A DNA stretch of 19,215 nucleotides from Clostridia bacterium (GTDB lineage Bacteria; Bacillota; Clostridia; Oscillospirales; Acutalibacteraceae): assembly GCA_017439205.1 (NCBI GenBank), contig JAFRSZ010000272.1, forward strand, positions 1 through 19,215, given 5' to 3'. Positions 14,148 to 19,215 of this stretch are shown here, in pieces. Under the pieces are notes generated by a model. The model worked only from the letters and a program-made list of their open reading frames with translations, was not told the DNA's origin and did not search any database. Both the position numbers and the translations under genes were made by a program. How positions within the stretch are numbered: the first letter of the stretch is position 1; each line of letters begins with the position of its first letter.

Positions 14148-16256
14148 TTAATCGCACGTTTTCTGCTGTTTCAGCGCCGAATACGGGATCTTATTCCCTT
14201 CAAAAGCATCCGCGTCGAATTCCCTGCCGAGGATCTTAACGCTTTTTACGAGCTTCTTTGTGCGTACGAATTCGTTTTTACCCGGACAAAACGGATAGAC
14301 GCCGATATTTGAAAACACGTACCACAGCGCCATGCTGCCGTTGTCTTCATCTCCGGGAAAGCCGTCGTCCCGATGGCTGAACAGCTCTTTGCAGATCCTT
14401 TCGACCCAAAAAGATGTTTTTTCAACGTCGCCCAGCGCAGAATAGATATACGGGATATGGAAGCTCGGCTGGTTGGAGATTGCGCACTGGCCGAAATCCA
14501 CCGCCGCCATTTCGGTCATCTCGTGGATCTCAATACCGTAGCCGCCGACGTCGTACACAGGAGGCGCATTGAAAAGCGCGTCGATTTTTGCAATCAGCTT
14601 CTCCTTTCCGCCATACAGAGAAGCCAGCCCTTCGATATCGTGCGGTACGGCAAAGGAATTCTGCCAGGCGCTGCCCTCCGTATAATCGAGCCCCCAAGAG
14701 AAGGGATCGAACGCTTTGCGGAAACTGCCGTCTTCAAATCTGGCGCGCATAAAACCCGTTGAAGGATCAAACAGATTTTTATAGTTTTTCGCGCGGCGGT
14801 CATATTCCGCAGCCACGTCGTTTTTTCCGAGGATTTCGGCGATGCGGGCGATGCACCAGTCGCCGTAGGCTGCGTCCAGCGTAAGATTCACGCTTTCTTT
14901 ATGCGCTTCGATCGGCACGTACCCGAGCCGCACGTAGCTTTCCGCTCCGCTGCGTCCGTAATCGTCGTTTACGGAATTGACGTTTGCGTGCTTCAGCATC
15001 CCCTCGAACGCATCCTCCAGCGTTTTGCCGGTGAGAATGCCCTTCACCGCCGCGTCGCACAGAACGGCGTCGAGAAGCGTGCTCGGCATACACCCGCGCT
15101 CGCCGATGGAAGGCCAGCGCGGCAGCCAGCCGCATTCTTTATAATCGTTCACAAAGCCTTCGCACATCTCGCGATACTCGTCTTCCGCCACCAGTGCAAA
15201 GAACGGATAAACCGTTCGGTAGGTATCCCAGAAGCCGTTATCGGTATATCTTACGCCGTTCCTCACGCTGCCGTCCGACGGACAGTAATGGATCGGTCTG
15301 TTATCTTTATCCCGCTCATAGCATTTATGCGGATAGAGAAACGCTCTGTACATACAGGAATAAAAGGTTTTCATCTGATCGTCGTTTTCGGGTTCGATCT
15401 CCACGCGGGATAAATACGATTCCCAGATCCGCTCCCCTTGCGCCTTGATCTCCTCAAAGCTCTTTCCTTCCAACTCACGGCAGAGATTAAGCTCCGCCTG
15501 TTCATAGCTGATATAAGACGTTGCGATATTAAGATCGAGAGCGCTGCTTTTCATCAAAAGATGGATACAGGCGTTTTCGCCCTGAACGGAATCAGCAAAA
15601 GCTGAACCGTTATCATCGCAGACGAAGCAATCATCACACAGCTGGTTCTCTCCGAAACGCGCCGCAACATACATCTTAAAACCGACCGCGTTCTGATCGC
15701 GGCAGTTTGTAACCATACCGTACAGGGTATTCGAAGCCTTATTATAATGAAACGACGAAAAGCCGTTCAACGGGAACAGGGATAGCGAAAGCCTCGGCGG
15801 CTGTTCGGATAGCAAGGGTGACTCTGCGACATGGCGATCAAATCGGGGCTCTTCATCGAAGCGGACGCGGATCGCGGCGCCGCGCTGCGTGGGAGTGAGC
15901 TCAAAATCGGCGCGGCTCTTCAAAAAACGGAGCTTCATATAATGCGGCTGAAGGATCGCATCTTCGGGCCGATATCCGGACCACCGCTCAGAAGCTTTAA
16001 CGCTGTGCGAATCACGCTGCGGCAGAAAGATCAGAGAACCGTAATCGGCGATCCAGGGGCTGGGCTGATGGGTAAGACGCACGCCCTCAAGGCAGCGGTC
16101 CGCCGGGTGAAAAAACCAACTGGATTCGCTTTTTGTCTGCGGAGCGAACGCGTTCATGCCGAAGGGAAGCTGCGTAAGAGGCAGCGTATTGCCGTGAGAA
16201 AAGCGCATTGTCGACGCGCTTCCCTGTTTGACGTTTACAAACGGAATGTATTTCAT
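14148..16256 (-). CDS. Glycoside hydrolase family 92 protein (putative alpha-mannosidase), cytoplasmic with no signal peptide
   Basis: The N-terminal GH92 signature is VNVKQGSASTMRFSHGNTLPLTQLPFGMNAF.PQT. The catalytic-region motif is GFPGDEDNGSMALWYVFSNIGVYPFCPG, matching GDEDNGqmSaWYvfsalGfYP. The RBS GAGGTGA precedes the ATG. It is 702 aa. Confidence 0.8.
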   Translation of the reverse strand: MKYIPFVNVKQGSASTMRFSHGNTLPLTQLPFGMNAFAPQTKSESSWFFHPADRCLEGVRLTHQPSPWIADYGSLIFLPQRDSHSVKASERWSGYRPEDAILQPHYMKLRFLKSRADFELTPTQRGAAIRVRFDEEPRFDRHVAESPLLSEQPPRLSLSLFPLNGFSSFHYNKASNTLYGMVTNCRDQNAVGFKMYVAARFGENQLCDDCFVCDDNGSAFADSVQGENACIHLLMKSSALDLNIATSYISYEQAELNLCRELEGKSFEEIKAQGERIWESYLSRVEIEPENDDQMKTFYSCMYRAFLYPHKCYERDKDNRPIHYCPSDGSVRNGVRYTDNGFWDTYRTVYPFFALVAEDEYREMCEGFVNDYKECGWLPRWPSIGERGCMPSTLLDAVLCDAAVKGILTGKTLEDAFEGMLKHANVNSVNDDYGRSGAESYVRLGYVPIEAHKESVNLTLDAAYGDWCIARIAEILGKNDVAAEYDRRAKNYKNLFDPSTGFMRARFEDGSFRKAFDPFSWGLDYTEGSAWQNSFAVPHDIEGLASLYGGKEKLIAKIDALFNAPPVYDVGGYGIEIHEMTEMAAVDFGQCAISNQPSFHIPYIYSALGDVEKTSFWVERICKELFSHRDDGFPGDEDNGSMALWYVFSNIGVYPFCPGKNEFVRTKKLVKSVKILGREFDADAFEGNKIPYSALKQQKTCD

Positions 16257-16264
16257 TTCTTCAC

Positions 16265-16294
16265 CTCAAAAAAAGCCCGGATATGCTTCCGGGC
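16265..16294 (-). terminator. Intrinsic terminator after the PRPP synthetase gene: GCCCGG-loop-CCGGGC followed by T7 on the minus strand
   Basis: A 6-bp GC stem spans 16275-16280/16289-16294. An A7 run at 16268-16274 gives T7 on the minus strand. It sits between the prs-like stop and the GH92 start. Confidence 0.7.
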
Positions 16295-16309
16295 GTTTCT
16301 GTTTTGCGA

Positions 16310-17503
16310 TCATTCGCTCTTGATCTCGATATTGAAGCCCTTTGACTCAAGGAAAGGCTTGATCTTCTGAGAATGGTTGAGCAGTGTGCTGACGGACATA
16401 TCGTGGTTCAGCGCGTCGATCAGGAGGGAGATGTATTTGGAGAGATCCACTTCACAGAACCACTCTCTCTTCAGCAATTCCGGCGTGCGGTAGATCAGAT
16501 TGGTGGTAAACACCTTGCTGATCGCGCCTTCTTCATAGGCAACATCGAACATTTCAAGGCCGTTGCAGAACAGGCCGAACGCACAGGCGACGTAAATATT
16601 CTCGGCGCCCATGGATTTGAGCTTTCTGGCAACCTCGAGCATGGATTCGCCCGAAGAGATCATATCGTCAACAACAAGAACGTCCTTGCCCGCAACGTTG
16701 GAGCCGAGGAATTCGTGCGCGATGATCGGGTTCCTGCCCTTTACCACGCGGGAATAATCCCTGCGCTTATAGAACATGCCGAGATCAAGGCCGAGGATCG
16801 AGGAATAATACACGCCGCGGTTCATGCCGCCTTCATCCGGGGAGATGATCATAAGGTGATCCTTGTCGATCTTCAGCGAAGGCAGGTTATTTACCATCGC
16901 CTTGATCATCTGATAGGTCGTGTATACGTTTTCAAAGCCTTTGAGCGGGATCGCGTTCATCACGCGGGGATCGTGCGCGTCAAACGTGATCAGGTTGTCG
17001 ATGCCGTAAAGCTCGTAAAGCTCCTGCAGCATCAGAGCGCAGTCAAGCGATTCGCGGGCGCTTCTTTTATGCTGGCGGCCTTCGTAAAGCATCGGCATGA
17101 TCACCGTGATGCGGCGGGCCTTGCCTGCCATGGCGGCGATGGCTCTTTTCAGGTTCGCAAAGTGCTCGTCCGGCGAATACGGAACCGTATATCCGTATAT
17201 TTCATGCGTGATGCCGTAATTAAAGCAGTCACAAAGAATAAAAACGTCGTATCCACGCACGGATTCCTTCAGCTGGCATTTTGCCTCACCGGTCCCAAAA
17301 CGCGGAAATGACGCTTTTAACAAGTAAGTGTCTCTCTGATACCCTTTGAATGCAATCGTGGTTTTGTGTTCGCTCTCTCTTTTCGTTCTCCACGAAACAA
17401 GATATGAATCGATCTTGGATGCAAGCTCTTCACATCCCGGCAGGGCAAGAATACCAAGCTTACCGAAAGGGATGTTTTGAAGATCATCGGTGTAAACAGG
17501 CAT
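16310..17503 (-). CDS. prs: Ribose-phosphate pyrophosphokinase (PRPP synthetase) family protein, long form (397 aa)
   Basis: The PRPP-binding motif is VLVVDDMISSGESM. An N-terminal Prs-like region is KESVRGYDVFIL. The RBS AGGAGAG lies 10 nt upstream of the ATG. Confidence 0.75.
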   Translation of the reverse strand: MPVYTDDLQNIPFGKLGILALPGCEELASKIDSYLVSWRTKRESEHKTTIAFKGYQRDTYLLKASFPRFGTGEAKCQLKESVRGYDVFILCDCFNYGITHEIYGYTVPYSPDEHFANLKRAIAAMAGKARRITVIMPMLYEGRQHKRSARESLDCALMLQELYELYGIDNLITFDAHDPRVMNAIPLKGFENVYTTYQMIKAMVNNLPSLKIDKDHLMIISPDEGGMNRGVYYSSILGLDLGMFYKRRDYSRVVKGRNPIIAHEFLGSNVAGKDVLVVDDMISSGESMLEVARKLKSMGAENIYVACAFGLFCNGLEMFDVAYEEGAISKVFTTNLIYRTPELLKREWFCEVDLSKYISLLIDALNHDMSVSTLLNHSQKIKPFLESKGFNIEIKSE

Positions 17504-17569
17504 AGTTCAAAATCTCTCCTTTTTTTATTTAGCGACGGAAAGAATCGTTTTCTGCCGCCAACATCTTCT

Positions 17570-17597
17570 ATTTTACAGCAAAAAAAACATTTTTCAA
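17570..17597 (-). promoter_or_regulatory. Putative sigma-A promoter for the prs-like gene: TTGAAA-16-TAAAAT
   Basis: On the minus strand the -35 lies at 17592-17597 and the -10 at 17570-17575. The predicted 5' UTR is ~45 nt. Confidence 0.35.
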
Positions 17598-17677
17598 GTA
17601 GATTCGCTTGATTTTTATGATCGGAAATGTAGAATAAATCGCTTATTTTTCGTACCTTTTGTGTATTTTTACTTTTT

Positions 17678-17723
17678 GGGAAAAAAAGAAAAAAGGCTGT
17701 ACCTTTCAGGTAAAGATACAGCC
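17678..17723 (-). terminator. Intrinsic terminator after the SPFH gene: GGCTGTA...TACAGCC hairpin followed by TTTTTTCTTTTTTT on the minus strand
   Basis: A 7-bp outer stem spans 17695-17701/17717-17723 with internal pairing. A long T-run follows on the minus strand, and the hairpin lies ~13 nt after the stop codon. Confidence 0.75.
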
Positions 17724-17735
17724 TTGCAAACATGC

Positions 17736-19065
17736 TTAACCCAAAGTGTCTTTATCGTCGAAGGGATCGCCGCATTCGGGGCAGAATTTCGGCGGATGAG
17801 CGGGATCTTCAGGCTCCCAGCCGCACTTGTCGCACTTGTAAAGAGGTGCGTCTGCGGGCTTTCTGGCGCCGCATTCAGAGCAGAACTTGCCCTTATTCTG
17901 CGCGCCGCAGGCGGGGCATACCCAGCAATTGGGATCCGCAGGCTTCGGAGCGCCGCATTCGGGGCAGAACTTGCCGGTCGCTTTCGCGCCGCACTTGCCG
18001 CAGACCCAGCCGTCCGCCGCAGGAGCCGCGGGAGCCGCCTGCTGCTGTGCCGCCTGCTGCGCCTGACCCATTTCAAACAGACTGGATACGTTGCCGCCCA
18101 TATTGCCGGCCATGCCCATTCCCATAAAGCCCGTAACAGCGCCTGCGGAATTGGTTGCCGCGCCGCGCATTGCGTCCGCCTGCGCAGCCGCGAGGTTGCC
18201 CGCCGCCATGTTGGGATTGCTGAGCGCCGCGCCGCGCTGCATCTGCTTGATCATTTCCTGATCTTCATCGGGCAGCGTAACGGAACCGAGAGCGACGCTG
18301 ACGACGCTGATGCCTCTGAGCTCGCTCCATTTGGAGGAAAGAGCCGCGTTCATGGCTTCTTCAAGCTCTGTGTTGTGAGCAATGATCTGGTTCGGACGGA
18401 TCTCCATTTCGGAGATCTTCGCGAACGCGGGCTGCAAAGCGGAAATGAACTCCGTTTTCAGCTGGCTGTCGATCTCTTCACGGCGGTAATCGCCCGAAAC
18501 GTTGCCGCATACGTTGGTATAGAACAGCAGCGGATCGGTGATCTTATAGGAATAGATACCGGAGCAGCGAAGGGAAACGTCGAGATCCATGCCGATGCGG
18601 GAATCAACAACGCGGAACGGCACCGGAGAAGGCGTGCCGAATTTATTATCAATGATCTCTTTGATATTGAAATAATAAACGCGCTGATCCTTGCCGGTGT
18701 CGCCGCCGTATGCAAATCTGCGGCCGATGGCCTTAAAGGTCTCTTTGATGCTGTTGCCGAGAGAACCTGCGAAAATGCTGGGTTCGGTGGAGGTATCATA
18801 AGTAAACTGACCGGGCTCGGCGCATACTTCTACAACTTTGCCCTGTTCAACGATGATCATGCACTGGCCGTCCGCTACGGCGATGCCTGAGCCGTTGGAA
18901 ATGATGTTGTCGTTCCCTTTGGTGTTGGTGGAACGGCCTGTGATACGCTTCTGGCCTTTGGTTACCAGAACGTTTTTATCAAGCGCCTCGCAATAGAAAA
19001 ATTCTTTCCACTGATCTGCAAGAACGCCGCCGATCGCGCCGACGCCGGCTTGAATAAGGCCCATA
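17736..19065 (-). CDS. SPFH/band-7 (stomatin/flotillin-like, COG4260-type) protein with C-terminal tandem zinc-ribbon repeats. The true start is the ATG at 19063-19065 (MGLIQAG), not the track's 19151
   Basis: The RBS AAAGGGGA lies 9 nt upstream of the ATG. An SPFH-like N-terminal domain is followed by an A/Q/G/M-rich linker. Then come three repeats of the pattern W/Y-x-C-x-x-C-G-A-x-(3-4)-G-K-F-C-x-E-C-G-A/D-x-K-P, which are zinc ribbons. Confidence 0.65.
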
Positions 19066-19097
19066 GAAAAATATCCCCTTTCGGTTGTTTTTTTATA

Positions 19098-19126
19098 TTT
19101 TAACCCAAAAAATATAAAATTGCAAT
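19098..19126 (-). promoter_or_regulatory. Sigma-A type promoter for the SPFH gene: TTGCAA-17-TAAAAT
   Basis: On the minus strand the -35 lies at 19121-19126 and the -10 at 19098-19103, with an exact 17-nt spacer. The ATG is ~33 nt downstream. Confidence 0.5.
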
Positions 19127-19215
19127 AGGATGCCGCCGAAAGTTCACGCAAAATGCATATATTAAGCTGTTTTTTTCGCCAAAAAATATGATATTGATTT
19201 TAATTATTACAAAAT

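Noticed and set aside
16373-17311. 312-aa plus-strand ORF
   Set aside because: It is antisense to the PRPP synthetase gene and has no RBS.
17661-18890. 409-aa plus-strand ORF
   Set aside because: It is antisense to the SPFH/zinc-ribbon gene. It has Arg/Ala-rich low-complexity composition.
1-19215. CRISPR array or long tandem repeats
   Set aside because: No regularly spaced direct repeats were found. The only short repeat clusters are CTTCATT at 42-97 and the CCGG arms at ~1650-1690.

Overview
This is a high-GC Firmicutes/Clostridia-like chromosomal window. All but one gene lie on the minus strand. The housekeeping backbone, all on the minus strand and listed here by descending coordinate, is an SPFH/zinc-ribbon protein, a PRPP synthetase, a GH92 glycosidase, an XRE/S24 repressor, an SH3b membrane protein, an MreB-like protein coupled to RecD2, and a valS-folC operon ending in a PP2C-like pseudophosphatase. 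A single plus-strand alpha/beta hydrolase sits among them. The left 2.6 kb looks like an accessory module. A consensus sigma-A promoter drives a ~300-nt leader that carries a 50-codon small ORF. It is followed by a small PD-(D/E)xK/DUF559-like nuclease-fold protein. Next comes a ~185-nt structured non-coding region flanked by 11-bp inverted repeats. Then comes a stand-alone group-II-intron-like reverse transcriptase with an RT plus maturase/thumb domain, no ribozyme domains and no endonuclease domain. An independently promoted tRNA-Met/tRNA-Trp pair and a bidirectional terminator sit immediately downstream. I read this RT + nuclease-fold + candidate ncRNA arrangement as a possibly undescribed RT-based system, perhaps defence or DNA repair. 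The family assignments come from motifs read by eye and need HMM confirmation.
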